A stretch of 64,000 nt of DNA from the NCBI GenBank assembly GCA_042408215.1, contig JAYFMW010000020.1, forward strand, positions 320,001 to 384,000, written 5' to 3'. Shown in pieces: positions 40,016-50,021 of the stretch. Position 1 is the stretch's first letter. Each line of letters starts with the position of its first letter. Origin of the DNA: Microcoleus sp. (GTDB taxonomy: Bacteria; Cyanobacteriota; Cyanobacteriia; Cyanobacteriales; Microcoleaceae). Both the position numbers and the translations under genes were made by a program. Under the pieces are notes generated by a model, which ran no database searches, had not been told where the DNA came from, and worked only from the letters and a program-made list of their open reading frames with translations.

Positions 40016-41584
40016 ATGCAGGAACCACAGCAAATTAAAAATCCCAGCATTACCCTCTATCCTTTCCACCTGCGGAATGATAGCGACGAAGGCTATGACG
40101 CAGTAGCCAAAAATGCTCAATCTCTGTGGGAAAATCTAGCAGATAATGTCGGCACAGAATTTAACAGCAACGAACTCAAATCCCTCAGAGAAAAGCTAAC
40201 TTGCTACAAAGACAAACAGTATTATCCCAAGGGTGAACAGGAAAATCCCAATAATGGCAAATTGCTGATTCCCGATGGCAAAACTCTGGATTTACAGCCC
40301 ATAACTCAGCCAGATAAGCCAACACTTTACGGTTCTATCTATCCCCTGCGAATTCACGATACTTACACCGCAGACTTGACATTTTACTATAAAAATGTCA
40401 CAATGAAAGTGGCGGACTTAAATCAATTAAATCCCCAAGGTTGTTTGTTACCAAATGCAATTAAACCGTCCTTGGGACAAACATTATTGTTATACGCTAC
40501 ACCAGCATTTTATGATACTTACCCCAAGCTAGCCGACGAATGCGTTACAGCTTTTGTCCACAATCAACAGCAAGCATCACCAAAGTTTCGCGCCGAGGGA
40601 AAGTTATTCGGGAGTCCGATTTTTGAGTATGACAGCCGAGAAGATGATGCGGCTAAACGGTGTCATATTCTAGTATGGTTACAAGACAATCCCCAAACTT
40701 TGGAATCCGCAAACTTTGCGACGTTTAATTATCATTTGATGAATCTACTGTGTTCTCGTGCTAAAATTGTATTTGTCTATTGCGAAGCTCGGAAAAAGTA
40801 TCGCAAAGCACAGCAAATTGTCGGCGAGTTAGAAAAGAAGCTTCCCGAATTCGGTGAAGTAGAAAGAGAACAAAATCGACAAGTTAAGTTGCAGAAGTTG
40901 AAGGATTTGCTGGCTGAAGTCCGAACCAAAATGTTTGCTTGTGCTCAGCAGGTGCGGTATTTGCAGGAAGATAGAAATACGATTGATATTAATGCTGAAA
41001 ATTATGCTGATGCTTTGACCAGAATTAAAAGTTTGTCTATGGAAGGTGATAATCTAGATTTTTGGCAGAGGTTTCTAGATTTGGCTGAGGATAAATATCA
41101 GCGGCAAATTGAAATTTATTTGAAGTATCTGATTGCTAGTCAAGATTTGTTCCAGCAGTCGATATCTACTGTGCGGGGGATGGTGGAAATCGAACAGGTG
41201 GAATTCGATCGCGAAAAGGAAGAAAGAGAACGTCAGCGCGATCGCGAACAAATACAATTATACAGGGAAAAGGAAGAAGAAGAGAAAATTCGCGATCGCG
41301 AACAAATACAATTATACCAGCAAAACGAAGACAAAGAGAAAAAGCGCGATCGCCAACTTGAGAATATCATCTTTTTTGTCGGAACTGCGATCGGTGGCGG
41401 CCAAATCTTTTCCGCCGCCTATCCCCTAATCAAAGATACACCAATTCACTGGAAACCCGATTTTTCTCTACCCCTGCATCCCTTTGCTGCGACAATTTTC
41501 TGGAGTCTCCTGTTCGGTTTAGGATTTGGGTTGCTAACCCTGGGTGCGGCCATATTCATCAGGAAACTATTTACCAAGCCTTAA
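40016..41584 (+). CDS. Hypothetical 522-aa protein: globular N-domain, long helical/coiled-coil region and two C-terminal TM helices
   Basis: ATG 40016 (the upstream in-frame part is REP); hydrophobic IIFFVGTAIGGG and TIFWSLLFGLGFGLL. Confidence 0.85.
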   Translation: MQEPQQIKNPSITLYPFHLRNDSDEGYDAVAKNAQSLWENLADNVGTEFNSNELKSLREKLTCYKDKQYYPKGEQENPNNGKLLIPDGKTLDLQPITQPDKPTLYGSIYPLRIHDTYTADLTFYYKNVTMKVADLNQLNPQGCLLPNAIKPSLGQTLLLYATPAFYDTYPKLADECVTAFVHNQQQASPKFRAEGKLFGSPIFEYDSREDDAAKRCHILVWLQDNPQTLESANFATFNYHLMNLLCSRAKIVFVYCEARKKYRKAQQIVGELEKKLPEFGEVEREQNRQVKLQKLKDLLAEVRTKMFACAQQVRYLQEDRNTIDINAENYADALTRIKSLSMEGDNLDFWQRFLDLAEDKYQRQIEIYLKYLIASQDLFQQSISTVRGMVEIEQVEFDREKEERERQRDREQIQLYREKEEEEKIRDREQIQLYQQNEDKEKKRDRQLENIIFFVGTAIGGGQIFSAAYPLIKDTPIHWKPDFSLPLHPFAATIFWSLLFGLGFGLLTLGAAIFIRKLFTKP

Positions 41585-41615
41585 TTACACATTGTATTCC
41601 TAGGGACACGGCAAT

Positions 41616-41837
41616 GCCCATTAGTGTCAACTTAACGTCAAAAGTAGTCACAGACTACTGTTTGACTATTAAATCTAGATCCCCCCTAGCCCCCCTTAAG
41701 AAGGGGGGGACAAGAGCACTCTTTCGTCACCCCCTACTCACACCCTACTCCCTTTTTAAGGGGGATTTAGGGGGATCTAGACTTTGCCTAAAAGCGACAT
41801 TTATATGGGTTTTAGGCTTAAGTTGACACCAATGGGC
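41616..41837. mobile_element. MITE with 20-bp TIR GCCCATT(A/G)GTGTCAACTTAA and a CCCCCTTAAGAAGGGGG core, inside a TAGGGACAC REP
   Basis: TIRs visible; inverted copy at 49721-49946. Confidence 0.88.
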
Positions 41838-41862
41838 TCTTGGAGTGTCCTTTACTCAAACC

Positions 41863-42936
41863 TCAATTATGCAACAGTTTCATCCCCATTTTTACCTTGT
41901 CCAAAATCGTCTTTTGCGACACACAAGTAATCAGACAAAGCTTGCCGCAATCCAAAGTATCGCGGCGAATTTTATGAGCTTTTTCGCCGTACCAAATCTC
42001 GCGGGCGCTTTGCTCTTTCACATTCCCAATCACCGGATATTCATCGCACAATTTCACATCGCCACGGGTATCAATCCAGTAATTGCGAAGTCCTATCCGA
42101 CAAGGCCTCACTGCATCGGGAGCCTTTTCGTCGCGGAAGTGAGGCACCATCAAACGCAATACTTCATCGCTGTTCATAATTGGCGCACCGTTTTTCTTCA
42201 TTTCAATTAGGCGCTCAATTACCTGTGCAAATTCCTCTCTGTCTGCTTCTTCTATCCACAATTCCTCATAGGTTTCTGGTGTCCAGCGATTGACTGGTTG
42301 GAAATTCACCGTCGTCGCCCCAATTTCTTTTGCCCAGGTTACTATCTCCTCAAGGTGGCGGAAATTGAGTCGGTTGATAGTAGGTTTGACGTTGATGGGA
42401 AACAGAACTCCCTGTTTTTCTTGTTCCTCGCGCAGATATCCGATTCCTTTAGAAAGTCTGTCAAACAATCCCGGTTTGCCGCGCAAATAATCGTGCAGTT
42501 CTGCATTGTGCCCGTCAACGGACATATTCACATTAAAAGGACGAGCCGCGACAGTTTTGGCTGCGTTTTCCCTGGTCATGCAATAGCCGTTTGTGGTGAC
42601 GCCGGCGTGGATGCCATTCTTGTTGGCAAAAGTCAGCAAGTCTAGAAAACCTTTTTTAATATAAGGTTCGCCGCCGCTAAAGTTGATGGAAAATTCGCCC
42701 ACAAATTCTTTGATGCTTAAGAGAGCATTTTGCCATTCTTCGATCGTCATTTCATCTTTATGTTCTTTGAGTCGCTAATACTCGCACTGACGGCATTTAG
42801 CGTTGCAGCGCTCGTTGATGATTCCGTAAAAAGTGACTGGGCTGGTAATGTCGTATCCTGTATTGATGCGGAGCGATTCGGCTACTGCATTCTTAGTGTG
42901 TTTGACTCCCAGTCTGGACAATGTTAAAGCATCCAT
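41863..42936 (-). pseudogene. Radical SAM protein (Twitch/SPASM-type tail) interrupted by TAG at codon 54
   Basis: ATG 42936..CNAKCRQCEY*RLK in frame with the 41863-42750 ORF; SGGEP, TTNG, C-terminal Cys cluster. Confidence 0.88.
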
Positions 42937-43357
42937 GTTTTTTCTCTTAGGTATTGTTGACTAAGTAAATTTATTTAACCCAATTGCGTATTGATTACGC
43001 ATTGCTTGTAAGTAGGTATGCACCCATACTAAGCGTTACTTTTGGGCGTGGCTAGATGTTTTTCAAAGTTTTATAATGTTAAAGTATGTAACATATGAGT
43101 ATTGTAAATACTTCAAATGTATTTTTGGATTAAACTGTGAAATTCGCTTAACAATTAATTTTATTCAGTATTATTACCGAATAAGCTGTAATATTAAGTA
43201 ATATACTTTTACAATACTTAATGCATAAACTCAGTATAACTACTTAAGTAAAATTCCTCAATAAGTTAAAATTATAGTTAGAACGGAAGCCAATCAAGCA
43301 GTTAACTTCACACAAGCTTTACAATATGATGAAATCTAAGTATTTCAACGGTGAAAA

Positions 43358-44152
43358 ATGGCGATCGACATGGGACGATATTTGCACGTAGTGAAACTGT
43401 TCTGGGGTGCGGCGATTTCGGCAGAGATCGAATACCGAATAAACTTTCTATTGGCGGCCCTCAGCAGCCTCGGAAACCTTGCTGGCAGCCTGTTTGGACT
43501 GTTTCTGTTCTATCGCACTGGTTACACGTTTTCTGGGTGGACATGGGAAGAAGCCTTAGTTGTACTGGGTATTTTCACGATTTTGCAGGGCTTTTCGTCA
43601 ACGTTTCTAGCACCTAATCTCAGCCGTATTGTCGATCGCGTGCAACAAGGAACTCTCGATTTTGTCCTCCTAAAACCCATTAATTCTCAATTCTGGCTGT
43701 CTGCAAATACAGTTTCTCCTTGGGGAATGCCAGATTTAATCTTCGGTATGGTATTGTTGCTGTATGCTGCTAACAAATTAGGAGTACAAATCAGCAACTA
43801 TTTCCTAACTGCAATACCGCTGTTATTTGGCATGGTGAGTCTTTATAGTATCTGGTTTATGTTAGGTGCAACCAGCATTTGGTTTGTCAAGATTTATAAT
43901 GTTACTGAAGTGCTCAGAGGATTGTTAGAAGCGGGTAGATTTCCAATGGCTGCTTATCCCGCAGCTTACCGATTTTTCTTTACCTTCATAGTCCCGGTTG
44001 CTTTCTTGACCACAGTACCGGCAGAAGCAATGCTAGGTAGAGGTGATATACTTTGGATAGCAGGGGCGGGAATTTTGGCGATCGCACTTTTGTTCGCTTC
44101 CCGCTACTTCTGGCAATTTGCTCTCCGATTTTACACCAGCGCTTCCAGTTAG
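43358..44152 (+). CDS. ABC-2 type (DUF990) permease
   Basis: EYRINF, GTLDFVLLKP, FYTSASS end; start 43358 or 43370. Confidence 0.88.
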   Translation: MAIDMGRYLHVVKLFWGAAISAEIEYRINFLLAALSSLGNLAGSLFGLFLFYRTGYTFSGWTWEEALVVLGIFTILQGFSSTFLAPNLSRIVDRVQQGTLDFVLLKPINSQFWLSANTVSPWGMPDLIFGMVLLLYAANKLGVQISNYFLTAIPLLFGMVSLYSIWFMLGATSIWFVKIYNVTEVLRGLLEAGRFPMAAYPAAYRFFFTFIVPVAFLTTVPAEAMLGRGDILWIAGAGILAIALLFASRYFWQFALRFYTSASS

Positions 44153-44434
44153 TTATAGCAGAAGGAAGTTCGGCAACGGATTATGTAACGGATGTAACGG
44201 ATGGATGGAATACAGAAGTTGGAAGGAAGAAGGAAGAATATCGATGTGAAAATGCAATTCTGGTATTCGTTTTGGTGATGGATAACGTCCTCGCCGTCGA
44301 GCAGGTTGCTATATATAATTGATAGCAGTTGATGGTTGACATTTGACGGTTGATTGTTATATAATAAAATCACATTCTTTTAAATTAGTATAGCAATCTC
44401 GACTTGAAATCAAAAATCAAAATAAGGCAAACCA

Positions 44435-45298
44435 ATGAAAAACAAAAAACTCGGAAACACTAATTTTAATATCAGCGCAATTGGTCTGGGAGGAATGCCA
44501 CTGTCCTTGAGCGGTCGGCCGACAGAATCTCAATCAATTGCAGTAATTCACCGCGCCCTCGATTTGGGCGTGACACTAATTGACACGGCAGATTCCTACT
44601 GTCAAGATGAATCCGACAAACACCATAATGAGGAACTGATTGCTAAAGCTTTACAACAGTATACTGGAGATATTAGAGCTGTCACCGTTGCTACAAAAGG
44701 CGGCTTAATGCGGCCTCAAGGTGCGTGGACGCGCAACGGTAATCCCCACCATTTGCGCAAGACAATTCGCGAAAGTTTTGAAGCCTTGGGCGGCCAAAAA
44801 CCGATCGACCTTTGGCAATATCACTCCCCCGATCCCAGTTATACCATCGAAGCAGCCCTGGCACCGGCAAAAGAAGCTGTAGAAGCAGGAATGATTCGAT
44901 TTATTGGAGTTTCCAACTTTTCTGTAGAACAAATCAAACGTGCCCGTGATACAGTAGAAATTGTCTCTGTTCAGAATCAATATAATCCTTGGCACAGAGA
45001 GCCAGAATCAGACGGCGTGCTGGAATATTGCGAAGCCGAAAAACTGACATTTTTTCCTTGGAGCCCTTTGGGAGGAAGTCGCCGGGCCACAAGTTTGCAA
45101 GATGTGCCGGCGATCGCGAAATTAGCCGCCGAAAAAAATGTCTCAGTTTACTGTATAGTATTAGCTTGGTTGATGGCAAAATCCCCCTGTGTCGTTCCGA
45201 TTCCCGGTGCGACAAAAGTATCGAGTATTGAAGACTCTTTGCGGGCGATCGAAGTTAAATTGACTGACGAGGATTTGCAACAAATCTCATTAAGTTAA
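44435..45298 (+). CDS. Aldo/keto reductase
   Basis: IGLGGM, IDTADSY, VATKGG, IGVSNFS, PIPG. Confidence 0.95.
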   Translation: MKNKKLGNTNFNISAIGLGGMPLSLSGRPTESQSIAVIHRALDLGVTLIDTADSYCQDESDKHHNEELIAKALQQYTGDIRAVTVATKGGLMRPQGAWTRNGNPHHLRKTIRESFEALGGQKPIDLWQYHSPDPSYTIEAALAPAKEAVEAGMIRFIGVSNFSVEQIKRARDTVEIVSVQNQYNPWHREPESDGVLEYCEAEKLTFFPWSPLGGSRRATSLQDVPAIAKLAAEKNVSVYCIVLAWLMAKSPCVVPIPGATKVSSIEDSLRAIEVKLTDEDLQQISLS

Positions 45299-45447
45299 GT
45301 AGATAAGGGTCACAAAAACAGTAGAACAGGCAAGATGCATGTTCCACAAAGAGAACTTTATTTTGGGGAGTAGGGGTTGGGCATCTTGGCCACCCTTGAA
45401 AGTGGGATTAATGAGTAAAGTTGACATTTTTTGAGGAATTGAATTTA

Positions 45448-46125
45448 ATGGAAGCCAATCAAGTGAATGCCGATCGAGACGTAGCAATTGAACATCAAAA
45501 CGTACCAGTCGCCCATGAAGGACTGCACAACTTTTTATACAGTTCCGACTCAGAACACAGCGCAGCAGCGACTATTTCTGAATTAGAAAATGACGGCACG
45601 CAAGTAATGTCGATCGATACATGGCGCGATTTGGCAACTAACGCGAAAGTCGCCGGCGTTTATGCTGTAATCGACAATTTCCATCAAACTCAGTATATAG
45701 GTTATTCGCGAAATATCCTGCTTTCTATCAACGGTCATATCGCCCAAAATGGCGTCGAAAATTGTGCATTCCTGCGGGTGCAAACTTTTAAATTTCCGAA
45801 GCGGGAAGAAATGGAAAATTTGCGCGATACGTGGATTGCAGCACTCGGCAGCATTCCCCCTGGAAACGGCGCTGAGAGCGAAATGTGGGCGATTACGGTA
45901 GGTCAAGCCGCGCGCGCTGCTATGTCTGCTGAGGAACAAAAAGCTTATGAAGAAAAGAAGCTGAAACTGCGCAAAGCAATGGCCGATTCCACTCTTACCA
46001 AAGAGTTAGAAACAGCCGCCAAAAGTGATGGCGAACGCGCTAAGGATTTGGAAGCTGCTGTTAACAATGATGACTGGAGTGCGGTGATTCACTCGCAAAC
46101 TCAGGAAACAAAGTCCGGTTCCTAA
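45448..46125 (+). CDS. GIY-YIG-domain protein (cyanobacterial type)
   Basis: GVYAV..QYIGYSRN; PPGN. Confidence 0.8.
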   Translation: MEANQVNADRDVAIEHQNVPVAHEGLHNFLYSSDSEHSAAATISELENDGTQVMSIDTWRDLATNAKVAGVYAVIDNFHQTQYIGYSRNILLSINGHIAQNGVENCAFLRVQTFKFPKREEMENLRDTWIAALGSIPPGNGAESEMWAITVGQAARAAMSAEEQKAYEEKKLKLRKAMADSTLTKELETAAKSDGERAKDLEAAVNNDDWSAVIHSQTQETKSGS

Positions 46126-46272
46126 ATCTGAAAAATGTTTGTAGTGCTGATATCTTGTACTATTTTTAGAACGGGCCGGAGAGCCAGTTCCACAATACAT
46201 CAATTTTATTGTGGGGCGTTGCTCCTAGCCCGCCCAAAAGACTCAATCTTAATCCTCAACAACTGATCGGGA

Positions 46273-47127
46273 TTAATGACTAATTTTCCGCTCTTGAATT
46301 AAAGTCAAACTCACCCATTCACCCCGATCGTTATAACTGCGAATCATCCGAAACCGCAAGTCAGGTTCAACCAGCCAGCCAGCCTCGAAAAATACAGGTT
46401 TTCTGAGTTCAACTTTGACTGGTATTGTGCAAGAACCTCCATCAGGAAGCAGCAAAACTTGCACCGGCACTGAACCTTCATTAAAATTAATAATCGAACC
46501 GTCAATGCGGGCCCTAGAACTGATAATCTTAGCATCAGCATTAGTGCCAAAAGTAATTTTATGCAGTAGGCGATCGGCTCCATCCAAATGTAACTGTAAA
46601 TTGGTAGAATAGGAATCAGGATGACGCCAATCTGGATAAATTGTCACCGCTTCGCCCTGCCATTCTCCCAGTAAAGCCTCAACAGTTAAAGGTGGACGTT
46701 CGGGGACATTTTGAGCCGGCTGTTTTTCCCGAATCAGGGTAATTGTTGATAAATTCCCATCGGTATTGTACAACTGAAGGAACCGCAAGCGGCGATAATT
46801 GTAGATAAAACCAAACTCGGCGCCGCACTCAGAATAAGGCGCTATTTGAATAGTACCTTGACAAAAAGCTCCATTCTCAAAAAATAGGATATCCCGTCCC
46901 AAACTTTGATATTCTCGAACAAGTTCGCTAACTTCCGGTTCGCCGACACCGCTAGGATTTGGGGAAAAGCGGCGGAGTTTCAAGCGCACAGTTTTGTGAT
47001 TATTGAGACTTTCGAGAGCAATAATACTAGGAGTATCTTGAAGTACCTCTCCCCTGGGCGATAACTGAGTAAAGGAACCGTGCCATTCTCCAAGATTTTG
47101 TAGAAAGTTTTCCCATTGCGATCCCAT
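46273..47127 (-). CDS. DUF3598-family beta-barrel protein
   Basis: QWENFLQNLGEWHGSF repeated as LLGEWQG; LLLPDGG. Confidence 0.85.
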   Translation of the reverse strand: MGSQWENFLQNLGEWHGSFTQLSPRGEVLQDTPSIIALESLNNHKTVRLKLRRFSPNPSGVGEPEVSELVREYQSLGRDILFFENGAFCQGTIQIAPYSECGAEFGFIYNYRRLRFLQLYNTDGNLSTITLIREKQPAQNVPERPPLTVEALLGEWQGEAVTIYPDWRHPDSYSTNLQLHLDGADRLLHKITFGTNADAKIISSRARIDGSIINFNEGSVPVQVLLLPDGGSCTIPVKVELRKPVFFEAGWLVEPDLRFRMIRSYNDRGEWVSLTLIQERKISH

Positions 47128-47219
47128 ATTTTTACCTCTGAATATATAGTACATTCAATATCCCCGTAGGGACACGGCATTGCCGTGTCCCTACCTCTTA
47201 CATACCCGAAAAATGCTAT

Positions 47220-48029
47220 ATGTCTAAAAATAGAATTATAACTCTGCTTACGGATTTTGGATTAAGCGATGTTTATGTTGGAGTGATGAAAGGTGCGATC
47301 GCCCAAATCAACCCTGAACTCAAAGTTATTGACATTACGCACCAAATACCCCCTCAAAATATTGCAGCGGGGAGGTTTTGTTTGATGAATGCTGTTGCTT
47401 ATTTTCCGCCGGAAACGGTACACATTGCGGTAGTCGATCCGGGTGTGGGGAGTAGCAGAAGGGCGATCGCGATTCAATGTGCTCATTGCTTCCTTGTCGG
47501 GCCCGATAACGGGTTGTTTAGCGGGGTGTTGAGTCGGGAAAGGGCGATCGCATCTGTCGAACTCACCAACCCCAAATACTGGCGCACACCTCAACCCAGC
47601 AGCACTTTCCACGGTCGAGATATTTTCGCTGCTGCGGGTGCTCATTTGGCGAATGGGGTGGCTTTGGAAGACTTGGGAGAGGCGATCGACCTTGCAAGTT
47701 TAGTGCGATTACAGATACCAAATTGTGCCGTTACAGCCACAGGTATAGAAGGCTGCATCCAATATTGCGATCGGTTTGGCAATCTAATTACTAATATCCC
47801 AGAACATTGCATTAAAAGCAACAATTGGTCAGTAAAAATTAATCATATTTCTGATGCAATTACCATAGCCAGCGGCCAAACCTACAGCGACAGCAAACCG
47901 GGGGATTTAATTGCGATCGTAGGTTCCGAAGGCTGGGTAGAGATTTCTGTAAACGGCGGTAGCGCTCAATTTGTGTTAAAAGTGGAGTCTGGGGCGATCG
48001 TGCAATTGCTTTTTGAATTCAACAATTAA
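47220..48029 (+). CDS. SAM hydroxide adenosyltransferase / halogenase-like protein (DUF62)
   Basis: LLTDFG, VVDPGVG, TFHGRDIF, DRFGNLITN. Confidence 0.93.
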   Translation: MSKNRIITLLTDFGLSDVYVGVMKGAIAQINPELKVIDITHQIPPQNIAAGRFCLMNAVAYFPPETVHIAVVDPGVGSSRRAIAIQCAHCFLVGPDNGLFSGVLSRERAIASVELTNPKYWRTPQPSSTFHGRDIFAAAGAHLANGVALEDLGEAIDLASLVRLQIPNCAVTATGIEGCIQYCDRFGNLITNIPEHCIKSNNWSVKINHISDAITIASGQTYSDSKPGDLIAIVGSEGWVEISVNGGSAQFVLKVESGAIVQLLFEFNN

Positions 48030-48030
48030 A

Positions 48031-48419
48031 TAGAACTTACACATGGGCGATCGGAAACCGGGTTTTTTACGAAAATATTTGGTTGTAGCCAGCAGATTAG
48101 ATGAAAAACCCGGTTTCTTTGGGGAAGTGGACGCATGGGTGCTCAGAAACCGGGTTTTTTACGAAAATATTGTGTTGTAGCCAGCAGATTAGATGAAAAA
48201 CCCGGTTTCTTTGGGGAAGTGGACGCATGGGTGCTCAGAAACCGGGTTTTTTACGAAAATATTGTGTTGTAGCCAGCAGATTAGATGAAAAACCCGGTTT
48301 CTTTGGGGAAGTGGACGGATGGGTGCTCAGAAACCGGGTTTTTTACGAAAATATTTTGTTGTAGCCAGCAGATTAGATGAAAAACCCGGTTTCTTTTTTG
48401 GCGGAGTGCGTAAATCATA
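48031..48419. repeat. Four tandem 92-bp GAAACCGGGTTT..AAACCCGGTTTC units between degenerate GACTTACGCA/TGCGTAAGTC-type ends
   Basis: Unit starts at 48054, 48146, 48238 and 48330. Confidence 0.92.
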
Positions 48420-48513
48420 ACTTTTCCCATGAATTACTCTCCCTACAAAATCCACAACTGTTTGGCGATATTCATCATTATTAAAAAAATAAAAACTCGA
48501 CGACTTAGCCAAA

Positions 48514-49518
48514 TTAAAAACAATAATTATTCACTTCAAAAAGTAGCCTATTTTGAGGTAAAATCAATCCCGATGCTTCCTCAGTTAACAATTTGTTGTA
48601 TATTGTATCCGCTTGCCAAAAAGATTCTTGAGGCAAAAATCTAAATATTGATGCAGCAACATATTGTTTTTCCTTTTCAAAACTTATCCAGTTTCTTGAT
48701 AATTCTTCTGCTGCATGACCCGTAGTATTAGAACCAGAAAAAATATCTACTACCAAGTCTCCCGGTTCAGTAAGAAAATTTATAAAAAATGACGGTAATC
48801 TTTGGGGAAAACGTGCTGGATGCACCTTAACATTAAACTCTTTACACCAACGCAAGTATTGAGAATTACTTTCCGAATTAGCAATCTCTAGCAAATTAGA
48901 TGGAATAGCACCTCCATTATCTTTGGCAAATCGATCGCTAATATTGTGACCGGAAGGACGTTCTTTGGGCGTGTAAAATTCATCAGCATTTTTCAAAAGT
49001 TTTTTCATTCTCTCAGAATACTCTACTTTGACTTTAGTAATATTCGCTTGAGGGTGATTCGTTTTGGAAAGCCACCAAACAGTATTCACAGAATCTTTAG
49101 CCCGGATTTTCTGTTTATTCACCCACTCTATAGGAGATGGAAGTTTTGAAGGATTAAACCAGAAAAACTCTTGAGCAAGTTTAAATTCATATTCGTCACA
49201 TAACCTAATAAGTACGCGGTAATTGTACAGCGATCGTACAGGTATTCCTTTTTGATAAGCACCTCCAAGGTCTATAACAAAACTTCCAGTATCCTTGAGA
49301 ACTCTTTTAATTTCAGGAGCAAAGCCCAGCAGCCAATCAACATATAAATCTTGATCTTCATTTCCATAACTCTTTTTGCGTTGCAATGCAAAAGGAGGGG
49401 ATGTAATCACCAAATCTACAGAATTGCTAGCAAGATTTTTCAGGAGATTAAGAGAATCTCCCAAATAAGATTGACCGTATTTGGTGGTGTAAATTGGGGC
49501 GGATAAAATGTTACTCAT
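48514..49518 (-). CDS. Beta-class N4-cytosine DNA methyltransferase, M.PvuII-like, orphan
   Basis: TSPPF before DIFSGSNTTG; KLPSPIEWVNK, HPARFP. Confidence 0.92.
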   Translation of the reverse strand: MSNILSAPIYTTKYGQSYLGDSLNLLKNLASNSVDLVITSPPFALQRKKSYGNEDQDLYVDWLLGFAPEIKRVLKDTGSFVIDLGGAYQKGIPVRSLYNYRVLIRLCDEYEFKLAQEFFWFNPSKLPSPIEWVNKQKIRAKDSVNTVWWLSKTNHPQANITKVKVEYSERMKKLLKNADEFYTPKERPSGHNISDRFAKDNGGAIPSNLLEIANSESNSQYLRWCKEFNVKVHPARFPQRLPSFFINFLTEPGDLVVDIFSGSNTTGHAAEELSRNWISFEKEKQYVAASIFRFLPQESFWQADTIYNKLLTEEASGLILPQNRLLFEVNNYCF

Positions 49519-49667
49519 GTGTAATAATGACGCACTTAATAATCCTAAAATCCCCTTGAAGTTAGTTAGACGGGGGAAACTTGTCTACTCAGATAGTCAA
49601 CAATAGCCCTCCGCCAACAACTTTGATTTTGAGAATTAGCTTATGTATAGAGTCTATAAGTGTGCTA

Positions 49668-50000
49668 TAGAATTTCTCAGTTGAGTGAAGTACAGATGTC
49701 CGGTAGGGACACTCAAGCGTGCCCATTGGTGTCAACTTAAGCCTGAAACCCTTGGTATCTCTCGCTTTTACCTAAGTCTAGATCCCCCTAAATCCCCCTT
49801 AAGAAGGGGAGTAGGGGTTGACTTTGATCGAACTCTTATCCCCCCCTTCTTAAGGGGGAGTAGGGGGCAAGCTAAGGGGGGATCTAGGCTTAATGGTCAA
49901 ACAGCAATCTGTGACTGGGTTTAACGTTAAGTTGACACCTATGGGCTCCTGGAGTGTCCCTACAGCCGTCTGCTATATTTCATCTATTTGAGAAACGCTA
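49668..50000. mobile_element. Four-layer nested MITE/REP composite
   Basis: Outer TAG..TTCTCA TIR; GTAGGGACAC REP 49703-49963; GCCCATTGGTGTCAACTTAA MITE 49721-49946; central double hairpin. Confidence 0.85.
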
Positions 50001-50021
50001 TATACCTATCAGCAGTTACAC

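Noticed and set aside
42775..42777. Pyrrolysine or programmed amber read-through
   Set aside because: No pyl genes seen, not known in cyanobacteria, and a single TGG>TAG change explains it
43198..43212. NtcA box
   Set aside because: Spacing is GTA-N9-TAC rather than N8
41584..43350. RiPP cluster around the radical SAM gene
   Set aside because: No credible precursor ORF, peptidase or RRE partner found; the downstream space is a MITE
49519..49667. C-protein gene or C-box of a PvuII-type system
   Set aside because: No recognisable ORF and only a weak ACT..AGT resemblance
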